In this document: positions 21,556 to 33,476 of the stretch, one piece after another
Layout of the letters: the number at the start of each line of letters is the position of its first letter
How positions within the stretch are numbered: position 1 is the stretch's first letter
Assembly: GCA_963833985.1 (NCBI GenBank)
Contig: CAWIAD010000002.1
Span: forward strand, 4,096,001 to 4,160,000
Reading direction: 5' to 3'
DNA from: an uncultured Planctomycetaceae bacterium
Lineage (GTDB): Bacteria; Planctomycetota; Planctomycetia; Isosphaerales; Isosphaeraceae
Length of the DNA: 64,000 nucleotides
Program-made: the position numbers and the translations under genes
Notes under the pieces: model-generated
What the model was told of the DNA's origin: nothing
What the model saw: only the letters and a program-made list of their open reading frames with translations
Database searches by the model: none

Positions 21556-24055
21556 TCACGGCTGCCCCAGATGCCTGACCAGTTCACGAGCTTCCTCGTG
21601 ACCCATCTCGAGAGCAGCCCGGGCATTCTCCGCGGATGCCTGTTGATTGCCGCGTGCCCGGTGAACCAGTGCAAGGCTATAGTGGATCACCCCGAGCGTC
21701 GACCGGGTTGACGTGGTCGCACGCGCACGCTCCAGATCCGCCAGGGCTTCGGTGAATTGCCCCTGCCGGTAGTGAAGCAGCCCCCGGTTCAGAGCGGCAT
21801 CCGTCAAGTCAGGGTTGAGCGATAAAGCTCGGTTGTAGTCGGCGATGGCCTCTTCAAGCTCATCGAGCGCCTGGTAGGCAAGGGCTCGGTTGTAGTAACA
21901 CTCGGCCGTTTCCGGTGAGAGCGCAATGCAGACCCGGAACGCGTTCGCGGCCTGTTCGAATTGCCGGCTGCGATAGGCACAGACGCCCTGGTAGAAGTTC
22001 AGCCAGAAGTCCTGCGGCCGCAGGTCGAGCCCAAGCTTGAACTGCCTGGCGGCGCGCTCGAGCTTTCCGGTGCGCAGGTAGGACCTTCCCAGGTCGTAGT
22101 ATTCCCAGGCCGTAACCGGCCTGACCTTGGGGACAAGATCGGAGCTCGCCAGCCCGAGCGCCTTGGTGTAGACGCGATGATCGCGCCGCAGCGCGGGACT
22201 CGGTCCCAGGAGCGCCTCCGCCTCGGTGAGCATTTGCAGTGCCTCACGTCTTGCGTCCCCGGCCTCCGCCGCGACCGCGAACCGCACGCGGAAAGCGGCC
22301 CAGACCACGGCAAGGTCGAGCAGGTCGGTTCGAACCGTGGTGTCGAAGTCGCTCCCGGACTGGCCGGAAATGGCACGCGTGAGCAGGTCGCGTTCCTTCC
22401 AGATGGTGGGCACAAGGCGGAGGAAGACCTGTGCTTCCTCGGCGGGTGGCTCAGCCAGGCCGTAGCGGAACCGGACGAGCTCGGCCAGACGGTGCAGCTC
22501 ACCTGCCTTCGCTTCCCGGATGGCCCGGGCCAGCTCGTCGCGCAGCAGTTGTCTCAGCGGCTCTGTCCCTGGAACCTCACCCGCGGACATCAAACCGTGC
22601 TGGAACACCTGGGCGGCCTCGATCGGATGATGGCTTTTCAGGTTCGCCCGGCCCTGCACCAGCGCGGTCTCGAGCTCGCGCAGTCTTTGGCGGTGGACGA
22701 ACCAACCGGAGAGCGTCATGGCGGCAAGGGAAGCGGCCGAGACGAAGAGGATCAGCACGCGGGAGAGTGCAGCGGGCCGCCGGCGCCGCCATTTACGCCA
22801 GCGCCTCCAGCACGCTGCGATTGTGCACTCCGCGCAAGGGCAGGTTCCCCAGGTGTCTGCGCAGATCGGCAGCCAGCAGTGCCGCATCCGTATAGCGGTT
22901 CCGGGGATCAGCGGCGAGAGCCTTCTCGAGGATGTCTGAGAGGCCGCTGCTGACCCTCGAGTTGCATTGTTCCAGGGCTGGCCAGGACTTGCCGGCGGGC
23001 TTATCCTTCGGTCCACCAAGTGCCTGGTAGAGCGTCAGTCCCAGGGAATAGATGTCCGCGCGTCCGTCAACCGCCTGGTGGATCGCGCGGCCCGCGCTCA
23101 CCGCGGCCACGGCGGTCTGCTGTTCGGGCGCCATGAATTCGGGCGTGCCGCCAAGCCAGCAGGGAGCTTGCTGCCCCGCGGCGATCGGTCCCCGAGCCAG
23201 GTGAAAATCCAGGAGCATGGGCTGGCCGTCGCCCGCCAGAAGCACGTTCGAGGGTTTGATGTCCATATGCACCAGCCCCCGGTCGTGAGCATACTGCAAT
23301 CCGTCCGCGAGACAGGCGCCGATCAGGCAGATGGCCTCGACGTGGCTACAGCGCGAGAGAAACTGGCGCAGCGGGCCCCGGTTCGGCAGGACGATGGGAT
23401 GCCGGGCTTGAACCTGGTCGAGCGCCTCGATGAGCTGCTTGCCGGTGAGGTCCGTGGGCGGGTGATGGCTCAGCAAATCCATCACCTGCGCGAGTGTGGC
23501 GCCGGCCAGGAAGGGCATGCAAAGGAGCCGCAGGTTGCGGGTCTTCAGGACATGCTCGGAGTAGAGCGGAACGATGTTCATGTGCTGGAGCTGTGCCAGC
23601 GAGAGGTGCTCCCTGAGGCCGCGCGGCGTGACCTTCAGGACCACGGGGCGATCCGCCAGCGAGGGCTGGGCCGCCAGAAAGACCCTGCCAGTCGCGCCTC
23701 GACCCAGCTCCGCCAGCAACCGGAATCCGGCAAGCAGCTCTCCGGCCTCGGGATAGGCTATCTCGGGCCTGTGCGAATCGAGCAGGCGCTGGCACTCGAG
23801 AAGGACGGCCAGCCTGCCCTGCCAGCGTGGGAACCGCAGTGCAATCTCGGCCGGTTCCATCTCCAGCCCGGCTTCCCGGCGGAGGGCGACTTCCTCGTAG
23901 ATGAGACGGATTGCCGCCTCCGAGTCAAGCTCGGGATGGCGGGCCAGGATCTCCTCGGCGTGCACGGGTTCGCCCCGGCGCCAGGACGCAACCATCTGCT
24001 CCACCTGATTGGTCGTCCAGGAGCCGCATTCGTCGGGCGGGAAGAGAGCGCTCAT
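21556..24055 (-). CDS. Membrane Ser/Thr kinase with C-terminal TPR repeats (frameshift at ~22805)
   Basis: LGRGATGRV, VVLK, HMDIKPSN, LLDFHLA, GTPEFMAPEQ and DIYSLG. After the shift: RWRKWRRRRP, a TM helix and TPRs (YYNRALAY, ALNRGLLHY). The start overlaps the upstream stop (ATGA). Confidence 0.9.
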
Positions 24056-25128
24056 GGTTCCGCCAGGCTCCACTGACCCGTGAATCGGGCGAATCGCGCC
24101 TCGTCGTCCCGGGCGTACCCGGCCGGGTCGTCGAGCTGGCGTGGACGCGACCTGCGGCGCTGGAGCACGAGCTCGACGGCAACAGCCGCCAAGGCCGTAG
24201 CGGCTGCCAGAGGCATCAGGCTTGCCGTCCCATGCAGGTCGGTCAGCCCGGCGCCCAGGTTCTCCAGCCGCGCGAGCGATTCAGCGATCGAGCCTTCCAG
24301 AAGCGATCGGTCCAGGGGCAAGAACCTGGTGAGCAAGTCTGCACGCCAGGGCGGTGCCGCCACCTCGTCCGGGGAATCACTTGCAGTCGAGACTCCGTCC
24401 GCCGCACCGCCCGGCCCGCCGCGAAGCTCGGCGCGGCTGCCGCCCGGGACCGCCGGGGTGCTGGCGACGACGGGCAATGGCGAAGTCAGGCCACAGGTTG
24501 GTAGAGCCTGCTCCTGCAAGGCCATTCTCGACGAGCCCGCCAGGTCGCGCCCGGCCGGCGCCAGAACCGCCGCAGCCGGCGCGCTCGACCCGGCACCTGG
24601 GGCCGGCGCATTGACCCAGCCTGCGGCCACACCCGGTGGCGTTGCGGAGAACATGTTCGCGGGGGTGCCCGTTGCGGGGGCCCCGTCCCCGGAGCTTCGT
24701 CCCGACGCGTTCGTGCTTGTTCCCGGTCCGCTCATTCCTGCCCCGGCCGCTGCCGGTTGCAACAGCAGCGCGAGTGGACCAGCAGGCGTGGCCAGCGGAC
24801 TGCTGGCCGCACTCGCGGCCTCAACCAGGTAGGAAACCGGCGCGGATGCCTGCGACGGGACGAGGGCCGATTCTCCATCGCTTGTGACCGTGTCGTTCCC
24901 TTTTTCCAGAGCCGTGGCCCCATCCCCCAGCGAGTCTGAACCGGTGGCATCCGCCCGCGCACTGCTCGCGGTTGGGGCCACCGCGGCAGGCCCCAGGAGC
25001 GGGCTGCTGCCCGCGGATAGTGACTGTTGAGCGCCGGGGCCGCTCAGGAGCCTCCGATCCTCCAGGCATTCCAGCCGGATCGCCAACGGCAGAACGGGGC
25101 GGAAGGACGTGCCACGACGCACTCTCAT
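24052..25128 (-). CDS. Ala/Ser/Pro-rich protein with an LEDR-xLL motif and a C-terminal hydrophobic segment plus basic residues
   Basis: MRVRRGTSFRP...LECLEDRRLLSG, a low-complexity middle, then LMPLAAATALAAVAVELVLQRRRSR. Confidence 0.7.
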   Translation of the reverse strand: MRVRRGTSFRPVLPLAIRLECLEDRRLLSGPGAQQSLSAGSSPLLGPAAVAPTASSARADATGSDSLGDGATALEKGNDTVTSDGESALVPSQASAPVSYLVEAASAASSPLATPAGPLALLLQPAAAGAGMSGPGTSTNASGRSSGDGAPATGTPANMFSATPPGVAAGWVNAPAPGAGSSAPAAAVLAPAGRDLAGSSRMALQEQALPTCGLTSPLPVVASTPAVPGGSRAELRGGPGGAADGVSTASDSPDEVAAPPWRADLLTRFLPLDRSLLEGSIAESLARLENLGAGLTDLHGTASLMPLAAATALAAVAVELVLQRRRSRPRQLDDPAGYARDDEARFARFTGQWSLAEP

Positions 25129-25633
25129 GGATGATCCCTCGTGGAAAGCCAACATATCAACTATGTTTGCTTACAAGCAGCGGGTCCGTGCTGTTCCTCA
25201 CTATTATTGTCCGCTTGTCTGTAATTTCGAAGAGCGATTCCGAGAACGGTCACGTATTCGAACATTCGCCATGGTCTCGGGAACCAGTCAGGCTGTGGTG
25301 CGAGCCGGCGGCCTGCCGCGATGTCGTGACCGGGGACTGACTTGCTTCATGTCACCAGGACAGCGCCGGGCGCAGGCGGCGTGGAGCATCCAGACAGCAC
25401 GGGCAGCATCTGAACCTCGATGCAATGCCGTGTGCGATGTACGACATTCCTGCATGAAGAATTGAGAATAGCGCGCGCAGCCGCAGAGCCGGCGCGATGA
25501 CCTCTCGTGTTCAGCCCTGTGGGGCAGCAAGTCTCGGAGAGCGATCGCGACAGGGGCCAGCCAGTGCCTCTGGTCGCACGAGCAAACTGGATCGCCCCGG
25601 TTGTCTACGCTTTATCGAGAGGTCTGTCAAGTC

Positions 25634-26893
25634 ATGGATTTGCAGAGTGTGGTTAGCGTTGGCTTCTGGCGATGTGGCGGCTGCGTGGCACTTGCGGCCT
25701 CGCTCTGCCTCTCGGTGGGGCACGGAGCTCAGCGAACCGCGCACCCCGGCTTCGACGGACATCCCCGCGCCGTGGCTCGACAGAGTGAGGTGGAGAGCAT
25801 CATCAGGGCCGGGGGACAGGTCGAGAGCACGGTGCATACGGTGATTCGATGCACGCTGGAAAACCTGAGCGGGCGGACGGCGGCAACGTCCATCCTCGAG
25901 CTTGCACCCGAAGGGTCGATCGTCGCGCAGGGAGACGTGATCTGCCGGCTGGACGCCTCGGCCCATGAAGAAATGGAACGGCTGCAAGAGATCGCCGTTG
26001 CCCAGGGTTGCGCGGATCAGCGGCGCGCTCAGCTTGACCTGGAGGTCGCCATCACGGCCCTGGACGAATATCAGGCCGGCCTGAGCCGGCTCGAGAGCCA
26101 GGCGTTCGAGGGGAGACTCGCACTGGCCCAGGCGCAGGTGGTCCAGTCCAGCGATCGACTCGACTGGTCACGGCGGATGCTCGCGAAGTCATACATCTCC
26201 AGAGCCCAGGCGGCTTCCGCGGGAGCCGAGCTGGACCGTGCCAGGTTCACCCTGGCTCAGGTTCAAACCGAGTTGCGGAACTTCCACGACTACCAGGTGC
26301 CCAGGACCATCCTGGAACTGCAAAGCCGGATCGAGTCCGCCAGGTCGAGATCCAGTTATGAGGCGATGCGTCTCCGCGGGCTGCAAGAGCGGCTCCACAG
26401 GCTCCGCGCACAGGTGGACGCCTGCACGATCCGGGCACCGCACGACGGCCTGCTCATCTATGCCCACAAGCCCAAGCGCGACCTGCGGATCGAGCCTGGC
26501 GTCTGGGTTCATCAGAACCAGTCGCTGCTCTACTTGCCCGACCTGTCCCGGCTGGAAGTCCAGGTGCTGCTTCATGAGACGGTGGTGCGGCGGGTCAGAC
26601 CGGGGATGCGCGCATCGATTCGACTGGAAGCCAGCGGGGCCACCGTGAGCGGCAGGCTCTCGTCGATCGACACCCTGCCGGTGGCCGACCGCAGCAAGAG
26701 GTCGAGCGGCGAGGTCAAATACTTCATCGGCCGGGTCCGGCTCGATGATGTCTCGGTGAGTTTGCTGCCCGGGATGACCGCCGAGGTGCAAATCTTGACG
26801 GATGCACCCCCCAGGCCGCGCGCGGGCTCGATGGCAGAGCACGAGTCCCTGCAAGATCACGAAATCGCCAGAACTACGGGACGACAACCATGA
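25634..26893 (+). CDS. HlyD/RND-type periplasmic adaptor (membrane fusion) protein
   Basis: PEGSIVAQGDVICRLD, a long coiled coil, CTIRAPHDG and LLPGMTAEVQI. Start uncertain (25601 TTG or 25634 ATG). Confidence 0.8.
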   Translation: MDLQSVVSVGFWRCGGCVALAASLCLSVGHGAQRTAHPGFDGHPRAVARQSEVESIIRAGGQVESTVHTVIRCTLENLSGRTAATSILELAPEGSIVAQGDVICRLDASAHEEMERLQEIAVAQGCADQRRAQLDLEVAITALDEYQAGLSRLESQAFEGRLALAQAQVVQSSDRLDWSRRMLAKSYISRAQAASAGAELDRARFTLAQVQTELRNFHDYQVPRTILELQSRIESARSRSSYEAMRLRGLQERLHRLRAQVDACTIRAPHDGLLIYAHKPKRDLRIEPGVWVHQNQSLLYLPDLSRLEVQVLLHETVVRRVRPGMRASIRLEASGATVSGRLSSIDTLPVADRSKRSSGEVKYFIGRVRLDDVSVSLLPGMTAEVQILTDAPPRPRAGSMAEHESLQDHEIARTTGRQP

Positions 26894-28224
26894 AGAACCG
26901 CCACGATGCAGCCATACACAACGATCAGGGAACATCCCCGGCACCGCACTTCGAGACCCCATCGCGAAGACGGCGTGTGGTGCTCTACTCGCACGACACG
27001 ATGGGTTTGGGCCACATGCGGCGCAATTTGCTGATTGCCCAGGCGCTGGTGCATTCCGCCTCGCCTCCCATCATCTTGATGGTGACTGGGGCCCGCGAGG
27101 CGGGCTGCCTGCCGCTCCCACCCGGTGTTGACTGCTTGACGCTGCCCGCACTGACCAAGGACGTCGCGGGACATCATCGGGCTCGCGACCTGGACCTGAC
27201 GCTCTCCGAGATGACCCACATCCGCTCCCGGTCCCTGGCGGCGGCGATCGAGGCCTTCGAGCCCGATGCACTCATCGTGGACAAGGTGCCCCGCGGAGCC
27301 TCACGCGAGCTCGACCTGGCCCTGGCCGCGGTCAAGGCGCGTGGCTCGACGCGCTGCATTCTGGGACTGCGCGACATCCTGGACGAGCCTGAGACCGTCC
27401 GCCGCGAGTGGTCCGATGCGGCCTGTGATGAAGCCATCGAGGCGTACTACGACGCGGTCTGGGTGTACGGCGATCCCGCCTTTTATGACCCCGTGCACGA
27501 GTACGGTTTCTGCCCTGAAGTGGCAGCCAAGGTCAGGTACACGGGTTATCTCGACCAGCAGATGCGGCTGATTGATGATCGGCCGGACGGGGATGATGCG
27601 CACGCCGGAGGCGAGCTCCCTGACGGTAGGCTCATCCTCTGCGAGCTTGGCGGAGGGCAGGACGGTGCTGTCCTGGCCGAGTCATTCGTTCGCGCCCGGC
27701 TCCCTGAAGGGAGTGCTGGAGTGCTCTTGACCGGACCTTATCTTGACCCCGAGGTGCGGTCGAGGATTCGCCATCTGGCCGCGCAGCAGCCTCGCTTGCG
27801 GGTCCTCGAGTTCCTCGCCGAGCCCAGCCGGTTACTGCGTCGCGCGGAGCGGGTCATCACGATGGGCGGGTACAACACGGTCTGCGAGATCCTCTCGTTC
27901 CAGAAACCGGCGCTCATCGTTCCGCGGATCCATCCCAGGCAAGAGCAGTGGATCCGGGCGGTACGGCTGCGCGATCGCGGTCTGGCGGACGTCCTCCATC
28001 CCGGCGAGCTGACGCCCGAGGCGCTCGGCAACTGGATGGCGCGCGACTTACCACCGGTCCTGCCGGTGCGCGATCGACTCAACTGGAACGGCCTGGCAAA
28101 CCTGCCACGGCTGCTGGATGAACTCCTTGCGTCTCCGTCCCGTCGGGTGCGGAATCTTGAACCTGCGTCTTATGAGGGATCCCCATGCAATTCGCTGACG
28201 GCTACCGCATCGGTTATGTTGTGA
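26890..28224 (+). CDS. Predicted glycosyltransferase (GT-B, COG4671-like)
   Basis: LYSHDTMGLGHMRRN, LGLRDILD, GGGQDG, MGGYNTVCEI and VPR..PRQEQWIRA. Confidence 0.88.
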   Translation: MKNRHDAAIHNDQGTSPAPHFETPSRRRRVVLYSHDTMGLGHMRRNLLIAQALVHSASPPIILMVTGAREAGCLPLPPGVDCLTLPALTKDVAGHHRARDLDLTLSEMTHIRSRSLAAAIEAFEPDALIVDKVPRGASRELDLALAAVKARGSTRCILGLRDILDEPETVRREWSDAACDEAIEAYYDAVWVYGDPAFYDPVHEYGFCPEVAAKVRYTGYLDQQMRLIDDRPDGDDAHAGGELPDGRLILCELGGGQDGAVLAESFVRARLPEGSAGVLLTGPYLDPEVRSRIRHLAAQQPRLRVLEFLAEPSRLLRRAERVITMGGYNTVCEILSFQKPALIVPRIHPRQEQWIRAVRLRDRGLADVLHPGELTPEALGNWMARDLPPVLPVRDRLNWNGLANLPRLLDELLASPSRRVRNLEPASYEGSPCNSLTATASVML

Positions 28225-29460
28225 AGCGCTACCCCCGTTACTCGGAAACGTTCGTCGTGCGCGAGATCCTGGCACATGAACAGGCCGGGGCAGACATCGA
28301 GATCTTCTCGCTACGGCCGTCCAACGACGGCCATTTCCAGGACCTGATTGCCCGGGTGCGGGGACGGGTCAACGCGCTGTACTTCCCCGCCGACGGCCTG
28401 CTTCCGGAGGCGCTGGCGGCAGCCTCCATGACCGCGAGCCACTTCTGGAAGTCGGTTGGCGAGGCGGCCTCGGTGTTGCCCGAGCTCTGGTCGGAACTGG
28501 GGGCGGTGATGGATGAGGAAGCCCGCCACGTGTACCAGGCCCTGGCCCTGGCCTGCGCGGTACGGCGCCGCGGTATCCAGCACCTGCACGCGCCCTTTGC
28601 GAGCGAGGCCGCGACCGTGGCGCGGCTGGCCGCCCGGCTCGCCGGCGTCACCTACAGCTTCACCGCCCGCGCCAAGGATATCTTTCACGAGAGCGTGCAA
28701 TCCGCGGATCTGGAACGGAAGCTCGCGCGATGCCTCCGGCGTCGTCACCATCAGCGACTTCCACCTCGATTACCTGCGCTCGACTTACGGTCACCTGGCG
28801 GACCACGTGATCCGCGTTTATAACGGCCTGGACCTCGAAGAATACCCTTACACGGAGCCGCGGCAGAGGCCCGCGGTCATCCTCGCCGTCGGCCGGCTGG
28901 TGGCGAAGAAAGGATTTGCCGACCTGATCGACGCCTGTGCCTTGCTGGCACGGCGGGGCCGGTCCTGCCGGTGTCGCATCATCGGCGCGGGCACGTTGCA
29001 GGGCGAGCTCCAGTGGCGGATCGAGTCGCTGGGGCTGCGCGAATCCGTCGAGCTGGTCGGCCCACGCCCGCAGAACGAGGTCATCCAGGAGATGCGGAAT
29101 GCCGCCGTGCTGGCAATGCCCTGCGTGGTCGCCGCCGACGGCGACCGCGACGGCCTGCCGAACGTGATCCAGGAAGCCCTGGCGCTGGGAACACCCGTGA
29201 TCTCGACGGACGTCACCGGCATTCCCGAGGTCGTTCGCGACGAGGAGACGGGGCTCCAGGTCCCGCAGCGAGATCCGGCCGCCCTGGCTCACGGGCTGGA
29301 GCGGCTTCTCGACGACCCGGACCTGCGAGTCCGGCTGGCACGCGAGGCCCGGCGCATGATCGAGGCGGAATTCGACATCCGGCGCAATACCGCGCGGCGC
29401 CGGGCCCTGTTCCGCGGGGAAAGCCGTGCAAGCCGCAACGGGCTGGTGGGGGTGCACTGA
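28185..29460 (+). CDS. Glycosyltransferase family 4 (WcaL-like), frameshift at ~28725
   Basis: YVVKRYPRYSETFVVREI...YSFTARAKDIF, then VGRLVAKKGF and DGLPNVIQEALALGTPVIST. Confidence 0.88.
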
Positions 29461-30653
29461 TGCGTATCGCTTATATCTGCATGGACCAGGGCATACCGGT
29501 CTTCGGCCGCAAGGGCTGTTCGATCCACGTGCAGGAGGTCCTTCGCGGCCTGATCCGGCACGGCGCCGAGATCGAGCTGTTCACGCCCCGCCCGGAGGGA
29601 AGCCCGCCCGTCGACCTGCGATCCGTACGGGTCCATCCCTTGCCCATCCCGGCCCACAAGCATCCCCCCGCGCGGGAGGCTGCGGCCTTCCGGTTCAATA
29701 CGGAGCTGCGCCAGGCCCTGGAGGACGAAGGCCACTTCGACCTCGTCTACGAACGTTATTCGCTCTGGAGCCATGCGGGAATGGACCATGCCCAGCGGCG
29801 CGGAGTGCCCGGGCTGCTCGAGGTCAATGCCCCGCTCATCGCGGAGCAGGCCCAGCACCGCATCCTCGTCGATCGTGCCCGCGCCGAATGGGTGGCGCAT
29901 CGCGTCTTCGGGAACGCCACGGCCCTGATCGCGGTCTCGCAGGGGGTTGCCAGCTATCTGGAGTCCTATCCTTGCACCGAGCAACGTGTTCATATCATCC
30001 CCAATGGTGTGAATTCGGATCGCTTTCCCGCAGACGTCCGCGCCAGCCTTCCGCCCGCGCCGGGAGTTTTCACGATCGGCTTCGTGGGAACGCTCAAGCC
30101 CTGGCACGGGCTCCAGGCTCTGGTCGATGCGTTCGCCCGGGTGCATGCCGTCGATGCCACGGTGCGCTTGCTGATGGTCGGCGAGGGACCGCAGCGCGCC
30201 CCGCTCGAGGCGGAACTGACCGCCCGGGGACTGCGTGATGCGGTTCACTTCACCGGCTCGGTGGACCCCGCGGACATTCCCGGCCTGCTGGCCTCGATGG
30301 ACGCGGCGGTGGCGCCCTACTCGTGCCTTCCCCACTTTTACTTTTCACCGCTGAAGGTCTATGAATACATGGCCGCGGGCCTGGCCGTGGTCGCCAGCCG
30401 GATCGGCGAGCTGGACGGCCTGATCGATCACGGCGTTTCCGGGTTGCTGTGCGCACCCGGCGACCCTGTGGAGCTGGCCTGTTCCCTGCTGGAGTTGCGT
30501 GCCGATCCCGCACTCCGCACCCGGCTGGGACAGGCCGCTCGAGCGAAGGTGCTGGAGGCGCACACCTGGGACTGGACCGTGCTGCGCATCCTTGATCTCG
30601 CGGGACTGGCCCCGCACGACCAGTTCCTGGCGGTGCAAGGAGCGAATGCATGA
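29460..30653 (+). CDS. Glycosyltransferase family 4
   Basis: MRIAYICMDQGIPVFGRKGCSIHV, YERYSLWS, LEVNAPL, GTLKPWHG and SPLKVYEYMAAG. Confidence 0.9.
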   Translation: MRIAYICMDQGIPVFGRKGCSIHVQEVLRGLIRHGAEIELFTPRPEGSPPVDLRSVRVHPLPIPAHKHPPAREAAAFRFNTELRQALEDEGHFDLVYERYSLWSHAGMDHAQRRGVPGLLEVNAPLIAEQAQHRILVDRARAEWVAHRVFGNATALIAVSQGVASYLESYPCTEQRVHIIPNGVNSDRFPADVRASLPPAPGVFTIGFVGTLKPWHGLQALVDAFARVHAVDATVRLLMVGEGPQRAPLEAELTARGLRDAVHFTGSVDPADIPGLLASMDAAVAPYSCLPHFYFSPLKVYEYMAAGLAVVASRIGELDGLIDHGVSGLLCAPGDPVELACSLLELRADPALRTRLGQAARAKVLEAHTWDWTVLRILDLAGLAPHDQFLAVQGANA

Positions 30654-32499
30654 CACGGCCACGCACCTTGCAGGAAAGCTTGCCCGGGCTGCGGCATATG
30701 CTCTCGTTCTTCTGGCAGCGGCTCAGGAAGCAGCGCAGGTTGATGACAGTGTCAGTGGCGGCGCTGCTCGCCGAGGTGGTCCTGGGCACCCTGGAACCCT
30801 GGCCCCTGAAATTCATCTTCGACCACCTGCTGGGAGCCAGGCACCGGGGCCGGCTGGCCGTCCTCCCGGCGTTTGAATCGCTCGATACGTCGACCGTCGT
30901 CACCGCCTCGGCGCTGGCGATCATCCTCATCTCCGGCTTGCGAGCATTGAGCGACTTCACGAGCACCATCGGGTTTGCGCGCGTCGCGAGCCGGGTGCTG
31001 GCGGAGCTTCGCGCCGATCTCTATCGCCACCTCCAGGGCCTGTCGCTGTCGTTCCATCACAAGGCGCGGAGCGGTGATCTGCTGCTGCGGCTCATGAACG
31101 ACGTGAACCAGCTGCGTGACGTCGCCGTGACAGCCTTCCTTCCCCTGGTGGCCGATGGGCTCGTGCTCGTGGGCATGGTCGGCGTCATGATCTGGATGAA
31201 CGCGAAGCTGGCGTTCCTGGCCCTCGCGATGCTGCCTCTGTTCTGGCTCTGGAGCGTGCGGCTCACCGGCCGGATCCGGCAAGCGGCGCGGAGTCAGCGG
31301 CAGCGTGAATCGGCCATGGCCTCCACGGCCGCCGAGACGATCGGCGCCATCAAGGTGATCCAGGCGCTCTCGCTGGAGGCACGCTTCGCACAGTGCTTTC
31401 TGAGCCGCAATCAGGAAAGCCATCAGGAGGACGTGCGCACGGCGCGATTGACGGCGGCCCTGGGCCGCAGTGTGAGCTTCCTGGTGGCCATCTCGACGGC
31501 CCTGGTATTGTGGTACGGTGCGCGGCTGGTGATGCGCCACGAGCTCACTCCCGGAGAGCTCCTGGTCTTCATGACCTACCTCAAGAATGCCTTTCGTCCG
31601 GTGCGCGACCTGGCCAAGTACACCGGCCGGCTGGTGAAGGCGACGGCCGCGGGGGAGCGCGTGATCCAGTTGCTCGACCAGGCACCCGAGGTCCGCGACC
31701 TGCCCGGAGCCGTGGCGGCTGCGCCGTTCCGGGGCGCCTTGCAATTTGCAGGAGTGGACTTCGGGTACGAGCCGGGGCGTCGTGTCCTCAGCCAGCTTAG
31801 CTTCAGCGTGGAGCCCGGCCAGCAGGTGGCCCTGGTGGGCCCCTCGGGCATCGGTAAGTCCACGCTGGCCAGCCTGATCCTGCGGCTCTACGACCCCACC
31901 CAGGGACAGGTTCGGATCGACGGCCGCGACATCCGCGAATACACCCTGGCCACGCTGCGCCACAGATCGGCGTGGTGCTCCAGGAGACATTGCTGTTCGC
32001 GGCGAGCATCGGCGAGAACATCGCCCTGGGCTCGGAGCAGGCCACCGCCGCCGAGATCCAGAACGCCGCGCGGATCGCCAACGCTCACCAGTTCATCGAG
32101 CAACTTCCCGAGGGCTATCAGACCGCCGTCGGCGAGCGTGGGGTGACTCTCTCCGGTGGCCAGCGGCAGCGCATCGCGATTGCTCGCGCCGCCGTCCGCA
32201 ATGCCCGCTTTCTCATCCTGGACGAGCCCACCACGGGGCTCGACGAGGAAAACGAACGGGCCGTTTTCGAGGCCCTCATCAGGCTCGCCCAGGGACGTAC
32301 CACGTTCTGGATCACACACGATCTGCGACTCGCCGCCCGCGCCGACCTGATCCTCTACCTCGAAGGCGGCCGCGTCGTCGAGCACGGCAGCCACGAGGAA
32401 CTGGTCCGCAGGCGCGGCCGCTATGCGGCCCTGCACGCACTGCAATCGCCGGCCAACTCCCCGGGCAACCCCCAGTCCTCACTGGTGTTCGCGGGCTGA
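30650..32499 (+). CDS. ABC transporter, fused permease/ATPase (MsbA-like), frameshift at ~31961
   Basis: TM domain, Walker A GPSGIGKST, then LSGGQRQR, LILDE and the ITH switch in the second frame. Confidence 0.9.
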
Positions 32500-33440
32500 G
32501 ATCCCGCCGCGGGCGGATCGACTCGTTTCGATAATGCAACATCCCGGGGATTTCGGGAAGCGGGCGCTCAACTTCTCGCTACCGTCGCGATAGCTTGGGG
32601 GGACAAGCCATGACGGCTTGGCCGGACCGCGCGGTCCGACTTTGTTGGGCATGATTAATCCGTTGAACGCAAACGCGCGCGGATCCGCCGCGCGCGGCCT
32701 CGCGCCGCGCCGGCTGGCGGGCGCGGGGAAGATGAGAAACCATGAACCGACTGCGACGAATCGGGTTTGCTGTACTGGGGATGGCTCTACTGAGCGGAGC
32801 TTTGACGGGCCGAGAAGCCGCCGCGGGATCGATCACGGCCGCCAGCTCGAGCGATCCTTCCCACACCACCTTGGTGATCGATAATACCCAGACGAGTTAC
32901 GCCCTTCCGGTCGTGGTCTTCACGCTCGATTTCGCTTCCGGCACACCGATCTCGCTGAGCTTGACCGTGGATGGCGCCGGTAGCTACGAGCTGATCGCGG
33001 CCACGGCGAACGTCACCAATTCCACAACCGAGAACTGGTCAACGTTCCTGATCGATTTCGCCAGCGCCCCGGCGGGGAGCTTCTTCTACGGCGTGGGATA
33101 CAATACATCGATATCGCCGAATCAATTTCAGACCGCTACATTCTACCCCAACGGGTCACAGACCACGGCCCTGTTGCTCACGGGAGGCACAGGTGTGCCC
33201 GGCGGGCAGTTGACCGCCCTGGAGCCGGGGGTCACGACAACCCAGGCCGGTACATTCGTGGTCCGGTTCACGCCCAACGGTAGCCTACCCCATGTTTGGG
33301 GTGAGATCGCCTTCCGCGCGACTGCTGCCACGCATAATTCCTCTATTTTCCAGGGGTTGGCGAGCGGCATACCCGTTTTTTTCCGAAAAGTGTAGTGACA
33401 ATATCGACGCGATTACTTCGGAATTTACCTTGATTTCGCC

Positions 33441-33469
33441 TTGAAATCGGCGCGTTCCGTCGTGATACT
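33441..33469 (+). promoter_or_regulatory. Probable transposase promoter
   Basis: TTGAAA, 17 bp, GATACT, ending 7 bp before the ATG at 33477 (near-leaderless). Confidence 0.4.
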
Positions 33470-33476
33470 TCACGAC

